DNA of 31,269 nucleotides, taken from a virus. Where the stretch lies: positions 1 through 31,269 of the IMG/VR virus record IMGVR_UViG_3300045988_038873. One strand, written 5' to 3'. Below, in pieces: positions 14,650 to 23,767 of the stretch. Within the stretch, counting starts at the first letter, position 1; each line of letters begins with the position of its first letter. A model generated the notes under the pieces. The model did no database searches. It was not told the origin of the DNA and saw nothing but the letters and a program-made list of their open reading frames with translations. The position numbers were made by a program, and so were the translations under genes.

Positions 14650-16053
14650 ATAGAAACATCTAACACACGTAGACCGTGGTTTCAGAATTACCTAAACGAA
14701 AGAGGGTATTATGTAGACACAAACGCAATTGAGATTATTGAATTGTGCAATAAGTGGTACACAAATACCGAAACAGAATTTCATACGGCATACACATTAA
14801 ATAACGAGGAATACACGTTAGATAAAGCAGACTTTGCAAAGCGTTTATGTGAGGATGACGCAAACTTAATTGAAATCCTAGATATAAACGCAACAGAGGA
14901 CAGTGCTACAAATGACATTATTTCAGACATTCTAACAAAGAATAGGTTCGATGTAATGTATAGGAAACAAGTTGAGCAAATGTCTGCAAATGGTACAGTA
15001 GGAGCTTATGTGACGGTATCTAATGCCGAGATTTATGAAGATGGTTCATTTAGTGGAGGAGAAATCAGAATCAACTATTGTGATTCAATGAATATCCTAC
15101 CATTAACTGTTATTAACGATGAAATTGTGGAAGTGGCTTTTGTTGGAGTAAATTATGAGAAACTAAAGAAAGTATATGTGATGGTCATGTTCTTAAAAGG
15201 ACAAGACGAAAGATACATTGCAGAAACACATTACTTCAAAGATACAGGCGAAGAAATAAAAGACCGTGCTCAGATTGTTCAATTAGATGTTGTAAAGCCG
15301 TTTGCAATTATGAGAAACGCAAAGGTAAACAACTTACAAATGCAAGGTTACGGCTTGCCGAAGATTTGGAGCGCAATTGCTCCATTGAAAACAATCGATT
15401 TAACAATGACAATGTGGAATCGTGATTTGTTGAAATCAGATAAAATCGTTCTTGTGAATGAAGCATTAATGCAGAAAGACGAGAATGGAAAGATTAAGAT
15501 GAATCCACAAATGAAAAAGATATTCGTTCAGTTAGGTAGAGATAAGCTTCCGGAAGAAAAAGCCTTGTGGCAAGAATACAATCCAACAGTTAGAACTCAA
15601 GAGGTTGTGCAATCGTTAGAAACTGCGTTAAGTATCTTATCAATGATGTTTGGATTCGGTACAAAAAAATACACGTTTGAAAGTGGAAGAATCGTAACGG
15701 CTACAGAATATATCGGCGAAAATCAAGACGCAATGAAAGAAGTAAATTCACAACGTAAAGAATCTACTGCATATATTCAAGATATCATTCAAGCAATAGC
15801 ATACTTCTATGAGTTAACACAAGGTAGAAAGCTTAATATTAATTCATTAGACATTGCGATTGATTATGATGATACATATATCGAGGATAAGCAAAGCACG
15901 GCACAAGCGTTAAGAAATGACGCACTAACATTTGATATTCCAAGATTAAAGATTATGTATTTCATGAAACAATACGGATTCACTGAAGAAGAAGCAACTG
16001 AGTTATTAAATGAAGAAATTCAAGATGATGGAGAGGGGGATGACGAAGAATAG
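14650..16053 (+). CDS. Portal protein (SPP1 gp6-like), apparent ATA start
   Basis: The ATA at 14650 lies 6 nt after AGGAGG (14638-14643), one codon (GAA) after the terL stop in the same frame. This restores RPWFQNYLNERGYYVDTNAIEIIELCNKWY. The track start (TTG 14743) leaves a 96-nt gap. Confidence 0.75.
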   Translation: METSNTRRPWFQNYLNERGYYVDTNAIEIIELCNKWYTNTETEFHTAYTLNNEEYTLDKADFAKRLCEDDANLIEILDINATEDSATNDIISDILTKNRFDVMYRKQVEQMSANGTVGAYVTVSNAEIYEDGSFSGGEIRINYCDSMNILPLTVINDEIVEVAFVGVNYEKLKKVYVMVMFLKGQDERYIAETHYFKDTGEEIKDRAQIVQLDVVKPFAIMRNAKVNNLQMQGYGLPKIWSAIAPLKTIDLTMTMWNRDLLKSDKIVLVNEALMQKDENGKIKMNPQMKKIFVQLGRDKLPEEKALWQEYNPTVRTQEVVQSLETALSILSMMFGFGTKKYTFESGRIVTATEYIGENQDAMKEVNSQRKESTAYIQDIIQAIAYFYELTQGRKLNINSLDIAIDYDDTYIEDKQSTAQALRNDALTFDIPRLKIMYFMKQYGFTEEEATELLNEEIQDDGEGDDEE

Positions 16054-16859
16054 CAACTACATATTTTCCATTCGTCTCAAGAAATGGCGATAGATTAGTA
16101 TTATATGACGCTTTCAGAAGATTGTTCTCAAGTTACTTTACAAATGGAGTGTTCGTAGATGATTCTAGTTCAGACCATTTAAGAGTTGAGAAAGCTCAAG
16201 GTTTAACATTAACAGTTAAAGCAGGACGAGCAAATATTAATGGAGCATTCTATTGGCAGAAAGATGACGAAACCATCACATTAGAAAAGAATACTGCTAC
16301 TAAAAGCTACAATATTATTCTTAGATTGAATGATAATGACGCATACAGAAACATTACCTTAGTAGCAAGTGATATCAATGATGGAATTACAAGAAGTGAT
16401 TCTATTTATGATTTAGTACTAGCTACAGTCACAGTCACAGGCAATGCAAGCGAAGTTAAAGGCTCAGATATTACTGATACAAGATTAGATTCTACACGTT
16501 GTGGAGCAGTTACAAGCGCAATTAAGAGCGTACAATCGTTGGATTTATTTACCCAAGTGACTGAGCTATTCAAAGAAATTAAAGCTCAGAATGAATCTGA
16601 AATGAATGCAAATAGAACAGAGTTCAATGATTGGTTTGAAACTGTAAAGGATACGTTAGACGCAAATACGGCAGGAAAGTTATCAAATAGAATTTCAAAT
16701 ATTGAAAAGATGATTATGGAGAACCATTTCACCACAATCTTATTAACAGAAGATGGAACACTAGTAGATGAGAATGGTCATGAGATTCTAGCAGATTGGG
16801 CGTATGAAGTTGATGAAGGTGAAGTAGGTAAAGATTGGACTTACAAGGTGAAATCATGA
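16050..16859 (+). CDS. Tail-fibre/structural protein (XkdV-like N-terminus), apparent ATA start
   Basis: The ATA at 16050 overlaps the portal stop (ATAG), 9 nt after GAGAGGGGGA. The N-terminus ATTYFPFVSRNGDRLVLYDAFRRLFSSYFTNGVF is the recognisable start of this fibre family. Confidence 0.65.
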   Translation: MATTYFPFVSRNGDRLVLYDAFRRLFSSYFTNGVFVDDSSSDHLRVEKAQGLTLTVKAGRANINGAFYWQKDDETITLEKNTATKSYNIILRLNDNDAYRNITLVASDINDGITRSDSIYDLVLATVTVTGNASEVKGSDITDTRLDSTRCGAVTSAIKSVQSLDLFTQVTELFKEIKAQNESEMNANRTEFNDWFETVKDTLDANTAGKLSNRISNIEKMIMENHFTTILLTEDGTLVDENGHEILADWAYEVDEGEVGKDWTYKVKS

Positions 16860-17155
16860 GACAAGGAACTACGCCAACAATTCAAATCACAATAAACGAT
16901 ATTGATTTAAATGAAATGCAGAATATCTATGTGGTATTTGAGCAGAACGGATATATCTTGAAAAAAGAATCAAGTGATTTAGACATTGAAGGAAATATCA
17001 TTTCAGTATCGTTAAGCCAAGAAGAAACGCTCAATTTCAAAGAAGGAACTTGTAATATTCAATTAAGAATGATTACAAAAGTAGGAGTTGCTATTGCTTC
17101 TCCTATCAAGACAACAAAGGTATATAGAGTATTGAATAAGGAAGTGATTACATGA
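16856..17155 (+). CDS. Hypothetical structural protein
   Basis: The ATG at 16856 overlaps the upstream stop and follows AAGGTGA. Confidence 0.5.
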   Translation: MRQGTTPTIQITINDIDLNEMQNIYVVFEQNGYILKKESSDLDIEGNIISVSLSQEETLNFKEGTCNIQLRMITKVGVAIASPIKTTKVYRVLNKEVIT

Positions 17156-17481
17156 TTCTAATGCAAGATATTCAAATGAATATACAAGATGAATCAGACA
17201 AGCTTCAAATTGAAATCAATGAAGATAAAGAAACATTAACTTTAGGCTTAGATGAGAAGTTTGTTGAAGGTACAAGTGATTACAACAAGCTAAAGAACAA
17301 GCCTAAATTAAATGGTAATGAAATCATTGGAGAGGTTGAAGAAATAGACCCAACAGTCCCAACATGGGCGAAAGCAGAGACAAGACCGGTATATACACCG
17401 GAAGATATTGGAGCTATGGCAGAAGGTTCTGTAACATCTGTATCAACAACCGAACTAGATGAATTATGGAATAGTCTATAG
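17152..17481 (+). CDS. Fibre-associated protein (DYNKLKNKP motif)
   Basis: ATG start with ATGA overlap. The SDYNKLKNKPKLNGNEIIG motif is common in Gram-positive phage fibre proteins. Confidence 0.5.
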   Translation: MILMQDIQMNIQDESDKLQIEINEDKETLTLGLDEKFVEGTSDYNKLKNKPKLNGNEIIGEVEEIDPTVPTWAKAETRPVYTPEDIGAMAEGSVTSVSTTELDELWNSL

Positions 17482-17492
17482 GAGGAAAAAGA

Positions 17493-18101
17493 ATAGCTAT
17501 TGAATATTTAGATAAGAGTGGACTAACGCTCTTGATTAGCAAAATTAAATCGGCGTTAGGTGGGAAAGTTGATGTCGTAAGTGGTAAAGGCTTATCGACA
17601 AATGACTATACTAGCGCAGAAAAGCAAAAATTAAGTGGTATCGCAAGTGGTGCTCAAGTGAATGTGATTGAGTCTGTAAAGGTAAATGGTACGAAATTAA
17701 CGCCAAACTCAAAAGCCGTGGATGTTACAGTGCCTACAAAGACATCACAATTAACAAATGACAGTGGATATCAGTCGGCGACGAGCGTTGAGTCAATTAT
17801 CACGGCTAAAGGGTATCAAACGCAATCACAAGTACAATCGTTGATTAATTCGGCAGTCGGTAATATTACATCTATTAGATATAAAAAGGTAACTAGCTTA
17901 CCTGCTACAGGTTCAAATGGTGTAATTTATCTGTTAGCACATTCACATGGAACACAAGATATCTATGATGAGTATATTTGGCTTTCAGAGACAAAGACAT
18001 ACGAAAAGATTGGTAATACAGACATTGATTTATCGGCGTATGTTAAGAAGTCAGAATTAACTGCGATTACTACAAATGATTTAAATACAATGTGGGGTTA
18101 G
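17493..18101 (+). CDS. Tail (or head) fibre protein, apparent ATA start
   Basis: The ATA at 17493 lies 7 nt after AGGAGG (17480-17485). This restores AIEYLDKSGLTLLISKIKSAL. The GKGLSTNDYTSAEKQKLSGI motif is typical of fibre proteins. Confidence 0.65.
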   Translation: MAIEYLDKSGLTLLISKIKSALGGKVDVVSGKGLSTNDYTSAEKQKLSGIASGAQVNVIESVKVNGTKLTPNSKAVDVTVPTKTSQLTNDSGYQSATSVESIITAKGYQTQSQVQSLINSAVGNITSIRYKKVTSLPATGSNGVIYLLAHSHGTQDIYDEYIWLSETKTYEKIGNTDIDLSAYVKKSELTAITTNDLNTMWG

Positions 18102-18104
18102 TAT

Positions 18105-18350
18105 ATGGCTTTCGTATTCAAAGACAAAGCTTCTATTCAGTGGCTTGTCGAGAAAATAAAGTCTGTAACCACATCACATAACGCATTGAATCAAATGGTG
18201 ATGAATAATCACTTTACCACGAATTTGAACGCAACAAGCGCTCAAGATTTAGTGGATGAAAAAGGAAATACAATCTTAGCCGATTGGTCTTACGAGGTTG
18301 CAAGTGGAGAAGTCGGCACGGATTGGAAATATAAAATCAAGGAGGAATAA
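18105..18350 (+). CDS. Small protein paralogous to the C-terminus of the 16050-16859 product
   Basis: Shares the NHFTT..LVDE.G..ILADW.YEV..GEVG.DW.YK pattern with residues encoded at about 16720-16856. Confidence 0.55.
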   Translation: MAFVFKDKASIQWLVEKIKSVTTSHNALNQMVMNNHFTTNLNATSAQDLVDEKGNTILADWSYEVASGEVGTDWKYKIKEE

Positions 18351-18351
18351 C

Positions 18352-19236
18352 ATGCCAGGAAAACAAGTGACAGAATTAGACGCATTACCTAGTTTCACTG
18401 ATAATAGCTTATTGCCTGTACACAATGGTGCAGGATTAAAAAAGGGATTACTATCGCAACTAGCTAATTATTTAGGAAAAAAATTCAGTAATCCGAATTT
18501 ATTGATTAATCCGGATTTTAAAATCAATCAAAGGGGCGCAACTAGCTACACAAGTGCAGTTGCTCAAACGATAAAAGTTGTGTATTCAGTCGACAGATGG
18601 AGTTTGTATGGGCATAGTTTAACAGTTAACTCAGATAAATCAGTGACTATAACGCCAACAACTTACAGTGATGGAGCTTTAATTCAAAATTTAGAAACTC
18701 CGGTCGATGGAGATATCACCGTTCAAGTTTATGCCGTTGGTGTGAGTGGAACTGCTACAGTATCTGTAGGGCCATCTGATGGTTCTTCAACCACAGAAAT
18801 AGGAACTTTGAAGAACGGATTAAATACATTTACATTTAGCAAAGGTATAAAAAGGTTAGTTATTCGAGTTAAAAGTGGAACGCTAACTTTGAAATATGCA
18901 AAAGTAGAGCAAGGTACAGTAGCAACAACATTTGTTGCTCCAAATTATGCAGATGAGCTAATAAAGTGTCAGAGATATTATTTTAAAAGATATTACTATT
19001 ATGTATTTTATTCCGGTTCTGCAAGCTTTACATACATGTTCTCGGATACAATTCCTAGTATGAGAATTAAACCTACAATAGACTTTGCAAATACTTCTAA
19101 CTCCGGTTTAACAAAAGCCGTTGTTTCATTAGACACTACCGTGAAAGACCTTACCTTACTTATTCAAGCCGTGACAAGCAAGGTTGGAAATTGCAATGTA
19201 GGCGGAACGATAGCCTTAGACGCAGAAATCTATTAG
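18352..19236 (+). CDS. Receptor-binding / tail fibre tip protein candidate
   Basis: The ATG at 18352 follows AAGGAGGAATAAC. It has the NPNLLINPDFKINQRG motif and a beta-rich C-terminal domain. Confidence 0.55.
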   Translation: MPGKQVTELDALPSFTDNSLLPVHNGAGLKKGLLSQLANYLGKKFSNPNLLINPDFKINQRGATSYTSAVAQTIKVVYSVDRWSLYGHSLTVNSDKSVTITPTTYSDGALIQNLETPVDGDITVQVYAVGVSGTATVSVGPSDGSSTTEIGTLKNGLNTFTFSKGIKRLVIRVKSGTLTLKYAKVEQGTVATTFVAPNYADELIKCQRYYFKRYYYYVFYSGSASFTYMFSDTIPSMRIKPTIDFANTSNSGLTKAVVSLDTTVKDLTLLIQAVTSKVGNCNVGGTIALDAEIY

Positions 19237-19245
19237 GAGGAAGCT

Positions 19246-19593
19246 ATGGAGAACAAATATAAAGTATACGTATCCTTACAAGATGGATACATCACATCTA
19301 TTAATTCAGAAATCTTCTTATCAGAAGAAGAAATGTCAACTATGGCAGAGATTGACAAAGGTCAAGGTGATAAATACGCTCATGCTCAAAGTCAATATCT
19401 AGAAAAAGGATTAGTTGATGAATTAGGTAGATACAACTACATATATGTAGAAGGTAAATTAATTGAGGTTGCAGAAGCAGACAAACCAACAATTGAAGAA
19501 CCAAAGGCAGTACCAACTGAGCAAGAGAAGATTAACGCACAATTAATGCTACAGATTGCTCAATTAAAAGCTCAATTGAATGGGGTGAAGTAG
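19246..19593 (+). CDS. Hypothetical protein in the XkdW position
   Basis: The ATG follows TAGGAGGAAGCT. It precedes the XkdX-like gene and has a C-terminal coiled-coil (INAQLMLQIAQLKAQL). Confidence 0.5.
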   Translation: MENKYKVYVSLQDGYITSINSEIFLSEEEMSTMAEIDKGQGDKYAHAQSQYLEKGLVDELGRYNYIYVEGKLIEVAEADKPTIEEPKAVPTEQEKINAQLMLQIAQLKAQLNGVK

Positions 19594-19594
19594 T

Positions 19595-19714
19595 ATGAGT
19601 TATGAATTAATTAAATCGTATTATGAATTAGGCTTATTTACAAAGAATGATTTAGAAATGTTTGCTTCTATCGGTTGGATTACAGAAGCTCAGAGAAAAG
19701 AATTAATTAAATAG
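19595..19714 (+). CDS. xkdX: XkdX-family small phage protein (39 aa)
   Basis: MSYELIKSYYELGLFTKNDLEMFASIGWITEAQRKELIK matches the XkdX pattern (Y..G.fT..dl..fv..G.IT.e.y). Confidence 0.6.
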   Translation: MSYELIKSYYELGLFTKNDLEMFASIGWITEAQRKELIK

Positions 19715-19731
19715 GCTTTAAAAACGTTTTA

Positions 19732-19753
19732 AAGGGCTTAAATGCCCTTTTTC
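19732..19753 (+). terminator. Rho-independent terminator after the fibre cassette
   Basis: AAGGGC-TTAAAT-GCCCTT followed by TTTCT. It is preceded by an AT-rich hairpin CTTTAAAA-ACG-TTTTAAAG (19716-19734). Confidence 0.65.
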
Positions 19754-19770
19754 TGTAGGAGGGCATATAA

Positions 19771-20955
19771 ATGTTAAGTGAAGAAGAACAAAGGGAACAA
19801 GAACGTAAAAAAAGGCAAGAAGAAAGGAAACAAGAACGCCTACAAAAGCAGATTGAAAAAAGAAGAAAGCTTGAGGAAAGAGAAAGAAAAAGCGTTAAGC
19901 GTGCTAGTGTATTTGAATTAGGAATGATGATATTCGTATCTAATAAAATTCGTGAAGTTCTAGAAAAAAGCACCGAAGAAAATGCAAATTTTAATACGAT
20001 ATTGGCAAAATCACTCGTAGATTTGCGTAAATTTACGAAAAAAGAATCAAAAACTCTAAAAAAAGATGTAATCAAGGAATCAAAAAAGGATTTTGAAGAA
20101 AATAAGAATGGAACATTAGAATTAATTCAAGAAGCAACTAAAAAAAAGGTGGATGGAAGCCTTGCAAAACATATTGCTTATGTAAATCCACAAAAAGATA
20201 CTGCAAAGCGTTGGAAAAAATACATTAAAACTACTGCGAACACGTATGCAATCGGTAAAGATAAACTACCGGTATTCTTTACAAAGGTAGTTCAAGAAGA
20301 AGTTAAGAATGTAGTAGGTGGTAAATGCACAATTGATGATTCTTGTAGAAAAGCTATTTCTAAATTAGCAGACAGTGGCGTAAAGATTGTGGAATATGAT
20401 ACAGGAGTTAAAAGAAATGTGGATGTATGGGTAAGGCAACAAATGCAGTACGCAGAAAAAGAATCGTCACAAGAAATTAACAATAAATGCGCAAAGGATA
20501 TGGGAGTTACTGTATTTGAGTTTGACGCTCACGCAAATGCACGTCCAAGTCATAAGAAATGGCAAGGAAAGAGATATGACACGCAAGGGAAGCTATATCC
20601 TAGTCTGTATCAGTTAACGCATGGTGAAGAAAAAGATTATGGATGTCGACATTTTGCACAACCGGTTTGGGATGTTGATATGCCTTATGCCTACACAAAA
20701 GAGCAGTTGAAGAATATTGATACAAAGCCTTTCACATTCCGAGGGAAAAAATATGAAGGATATGAAGCTAGGCAGTATCAAAGAGAACTAGAAAGAAATA
20801 TCAGAGCATTAAAGAGGGAAGTAATCTTATTGGATAATCAAGGATTGGGCAGTACAGAAGCTAAAATCAAGCTAAAACACGCAAATGCAACGTATAAAGC
20901 TTTCAGTTCTGAAATGGGAGACAGAGTTCACAACGATAGGCTTAGAATCGGATAA
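19771..20955 (+). CDS. Minor head protein (SPP1 gp7 / Mu F-like)
   Basis: The ATG follows TAGGAGGGCATATAA. The N-terminus is highly charged. The C-terminal half has HANARPSHKKWQGKRY, typical of the Phage_Mu_F domain. Confidence 0.65.
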   Translation: MLSEEEQREQERKKRQEERKQERLQKQIEKRRKLEERERKSVKRASVFELGMMIFVSNKIREVLEKSTEENANFNTILAKSLVDLRKFTKKESKTLKKDVIKESKKDFEENKNGTLELIQEATKKKVDGSLAKHIAYVNPQKDTAKRWKKYIKTTANTYAIGKDKLPVFFTKVVQEEVKNVVGGKCTIDDSCRKAISKLADSGVKIVEYDTGVKRNVDVWVRQQMQYAEKESSQEINNKCAKDMGVTVFEFDAHANARPSHKKWQGKRYDTQGKLYPSLYQLTHGEEKDYGCRHFAQPVWDVDMPYAYTKEQLKNIDTKPFTFRGKKYEGYEARQYQRELERNIRALKREVILLDNQGLGSTEAKIKLKHANATYKAFSSEMGDRVHNDRLRIG

Positions 20956-20958
20956 AAC

Positions 20959-20973
20959 GCTCACATTGTGAGC
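20959..20973 (+). repeat. Second copy (reverse complement) of the 15-bp palindrome GCTCACAWTGTGAGC
   Basis: GCTCACATTGTGAGC lies directly after the MuF-like stop. Its only other occurrence is at 10719-10733. Confidence 0.6.
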
Positions 20974-21051
20974 TATTATTCAAGCTAAAATATAGTTAGC
21001 CAAAACCATACCGGAGAAGATTCGGTTTATAAATAACTTTAGGAGGGCAAA

Positions 21052-21636
21052 ATGAAAAACATTATTGAAATTTTAAAAGAATCAAACATTGAATTAACCA
21101 AGGAACAAGAGGAATCGATTACAAAGCTAGTAAATGATAACTACAAGACGATTGCAGAGTTCGACAAGCAAAAAGAAAAGCTATCTTTAGCAGAGAACAA
21201 CGCAAAGGAAATTCAAACAAAGTTTGATAATTTCAAGAAAAGCTATGATGGGGTTGATGTAGAAGAGTTAAAAAATAAAATCAATACATTGACGAATGAT
21301 ATTGATACTCAAAAAACTACATACGAAACTCAGATTAGCAAAATGAATCTTGATTCTGTATTAAGTGCAAAAGCTAAAGAATACGGATGTAAAGATTTCG
21401 AATTAGCAAAATCACAATTCAACTATGATGATTTACTAAATTCAAAAGACCAAACAAATGATATTGACAAAGCTTTCAAAACTTTGAAATCAAATAAGCC
21501 AATCTTGTTTGATGAAAAACAAAATGAGCCTAGTGTTAAAGGTAATATTGTTGGAAGCAGTGGGCAAGGAGATAACCCAAACGCCGAAGATTTATTGTTA
21601 CGACAGGCAATGGGCTTAACTACAGAAAAGAAATAA
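21052..21636 (+). CDS. Scaffolding protein (GP20-like)
   Basis: The ATG follows TAGGAGGGCAAA. It is coiled-coil and acidic, lies immediately upstream of the capsid gene, and has a GP20-like N-terminus. Confidence 0.7.
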   Translation: MKNIIEILKESNIELTKEQEESITKLVNDNYKTIAEFDKQKEKLSLAENNAKEIQTKFDNFKKSYDGVDVEELKNKINTLTNDIDTQKTTYETQISKMNLDSVLSAKAKEYGCKDFELAKSQFNYDDLLNSKDQTNDIDKAFKTLKSNKPILFDEKQNEPSVKGNIVGSSGQGDNPNAEDLLLRQAMGLTTEKK

Positions 21637-21650
21637 GGAGGATTTAATTA

Positions 21651-22520
21651 ATACCAAATGAAATTGCATTAGCTAAAACGTATGTCTCAAATTTGGATGA
21701 GGTATATAAGTTAGCTTCAGTTACAGGTGATTTAAATGCAGACGCTACAATGGTACGAGCAGGAGCAAACGCAAAAGAAATCATCTATCCACAAATTTCT
21801 GTTAAAGGTTTAGGAAACTACGATAGAAACAGTGGTTATACAGGTAACTCAGTTAAGTTAGAATGGAAAACTGCTACATTCGACTATGATAGAGGAACTA
21901 AAATCTCAGTTGATACACAAGATAACGCAGAATCAATGAATATTGCGTTTGGTATGGCAGGAGCGGAGTTAATGCGTACAAAGGTTGCACCGGAAGCAGA
22001 CGCTTACACATTCGCTAAGATTGCCGGTACAACAGGAATCACAAAGGTTTCAGAAGATTACGAAGGAGCGCAGGCATTCTTAGACGCATTATTAAAAGCA
22101 GTTACTAAGATGGATGAAGATGAAGTTCCTTCCGAACAACGTATCTTGTATTCAACACCAACATTATTAAATAGCGTTAAAGCATTAGATACATACAAAT
22201 CTCGTGAAGCTTTACAAGGATTTGCAAAAATTGTTCCTGTACCTTCAACACGATTCTATACAAAAATTAAATTGTTGAGTGGAAAAGATACAGAGTTAGA
22301 GGGCGGATACGAAAAGGCAGAGGATGGACACGCAATCAACTTCTTAATTGTTCACAAACCTGCCGTAATGAAATGGGATAAACACACCGTTTCAAATGTA
22401 ATTCCGGCAAGCAATAACATTGAATCAGATTCAGATGTACTAAAATATCGTAAATATGGAATCGTTGATGTATACCAAAATAAGGTAGCAGGTATTTACT
22501 TATCTGCTAGTGCTGAGTAA
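21651..22520 (+). CDS. Major capsid protein, apparent ATA start
   Basis: The ATA at 21651 lies 9 nt after AGGAGG (21636-21641), two codons after an in-frame TAA. This restores PNEIALAKTYVSNLDEVYKLAS. The track start (TTG 21693) leaves a 56-nt gap after the scaffold gene. Confidence 0.75.
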   Translation: MPNEIALAKTYVSNLDEVYKLASVTGDLNADATMVRAGANAKEIIYPQISVKGLGNYDRNSGYTGNSVKLEWKTATFDYDRGTKISVDTQDNAESMNIAFGMAGAELMRTKVAPEADAYTFAKIAGTTGITKVSEDYEGAQAFLDALLKAVTKMDEDEVPSEQRILYSTPTLLNSVKALDTYKSREALQGFAKIVPVPSTRFYTKIKLLSGKDTELEGGYEKAEDGHAINFLIVHKPAVMKWDKHTVSNVIPASNNIESDSDVLKYRKYGIVDVYQNKVAGIYLSASAE

Positions 22521-22624
22521 TGGCGAAAGAAATCGGATGGGGTTATCCTTCTAAAGTTGAAAAGCCTAAAAAAGGTAAACCTCAAACAAAAAAAGAGGAA
22601 GCTAAACCTCAAAAAGAAAAATAG
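22520..22624 (+). CDS. Small lysine-rich protein (34 aa)
   Basis: The ATG overlaps the capsid stop (TAATG). Open frame MAKEIGWGYPSKVEKPKKGKPQTKKEEAKPQKEK. Confidence 0.35.
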   Translation: MAKEIGWGYPSKVEKPKKGKPQTKKEEAKPQKEK

Positions 22625-22644
22625 CATAAAAAGGGGGTTGTAAA

Positions 22645-22992
22645 ATGAACAACATTTTAGATTGGGAATATTACAATTCCCATTTTCCTAAATTTGATGA
22701 AAATCAATTCAATCAGTATTCTTACAAAGCAGAAGCAATGGTATTGAAGCATGTGAATGTTGATTCTATTAATGAACAGAACGAAAGCACTTTAAAAGAT
22801 TGTATTTGCGATGTATTAAACAATGTAATCTTTCAAGATTCAGTTGATGGTGTATCAAGTATCTCAAACGGTGGATATTCCAAAAGCTTTACAAACACTA
22901 CACACTCGGATAAAAGGAACATGCTTGAGGATATCATAGCCTTTTGGTTAGGCGATACAGATTTAATGAAAGAAAGATGGATTGCATTATGA
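22645..22992 (+). CDS. Head-tail connector (gp6-like) protein
   Basis: The ATG follows AAGGGGGTTGTAAA. Assigned by position after the capsid gene and by size. Confidence 0.5.
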   Translation: MNNILDWEYYNSHFPKFDENQFNQYSYKAEAMVLKHVNVDSINEQNESTLKDCICDVLNNVIFQDSVDGVSSISNGGYSKSFTNTTHSDKRNMLEDIIAFWLGDTDLMKERWIAL

Positions 22993-23408
22993 TAGGATTC
23001 TTTGAAGATTCAATCACACTTGTAAATCACTACTATGATACGTTAACAAGAGAAGATAGGTTTCAAGCTTCTATACTTGATAAATGTATGTGGAGACAAT
23101 CAACTGTTAGAACTGCAAATGGTAATATTCTGAGCATAGCCACATCCACAAATATTACCATCTTATATCGTGAGGGATATGTTGAACCTTACGCATATGC
23201 AAAACTTTCAAATGATGAGAAACAAAAGCACTTCACATTAAATACAGATAAAACAGATTTCGTATTCTTTGGAGAAGTCAAAGAAAATTTATCTAGTATC
23301 AAGGCAATAAACGAAGCTAAAAAGAAATACAAATGGACAACAATTCAAAGCGTAACAGATTGTACGAATGTCGATATGTTGAAGCATTGGGAGGTTGTCG
23401 GTCAATAG
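22989..23408 (+). CDS. Head closure / head-tail joining protein (by position)
   Basis: The ATG at 22989 overlaps the upstream stop (ATGA). Confidence 0.45.
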   Translation: MIGFFEDSITLVNHYYDTLTREDRFQASILDKCMWRQSTVRTANGNILSIATSTNITILYREGYVEPYAYAKLSNDEKQKHFTLNTDKTDFVFFGEVKENLSSIKAINEAKKKYKWTTIQSVTDCTNVDMLKHWEVVGQ

Positions 23409-23767
23409 GTATCAAAGTTAAACTTGATGTTAAATCACTTCAAGAATTTAAACAATCAAGAGGACTTGAAGAACGTGGACGAGTTCAACAAATGATTGAT
23501 TCTGAAGTCATTAGGCTTATGACCCCCTATACGCCTAGAGACACAGGAGCATTGATTAACTCGGCTACAAGAAACACTCAAATCGGAAGTGGATTAGTAA
23601 AGCAAGGTGGACCAAGTGCTCCATATGCTAGACGGTGGTATTACAACAAAGAGAATGCTCATTTCGTTGGTGGAAAGACAGACCATTGGTTTGAAAAAGC
23701 TATGCGAAATGGTGGAGCAGAGACAATCGCAAAGAAAGCACAACAAATGATAGGAGGTAGTGAATGA
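23405..23767 (+). CDS. HK97 gp10-like tail-completion protein, apparent ATA start
   Basis: The ATA at 23405 overlaps the upstream stop (ATAG), 10 nt after GGGAGG (23389-23394). The track ATG (23333) would overlap the upstream gene by 76 nt and has no SD. Confidence 0.55.
   Translation: MGIKVKLDVKSLQEFKQSRGLEERGRVQQMIDSEVIRLMTPYTPRDTGALINSATRNTQIGSGLVKQGGPSAPYARRWYYNKENAHFVGGKTDHWFEKAMRNGGAETIAKKAQQMIGGSE

Noticed and set aside
14644-14652. Stop-codon read-through or recoding that would fuse terL and portal (same reading frame, separated only by TAA-GAA-ATA)
   Set aside because: TerL and portal are separate proteins in all known tailed phages. An AGGAGG site sits exactly 6 nt before the ATA, which indicates re-initiation. 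No other in-frame stops interrupt genes in the window.
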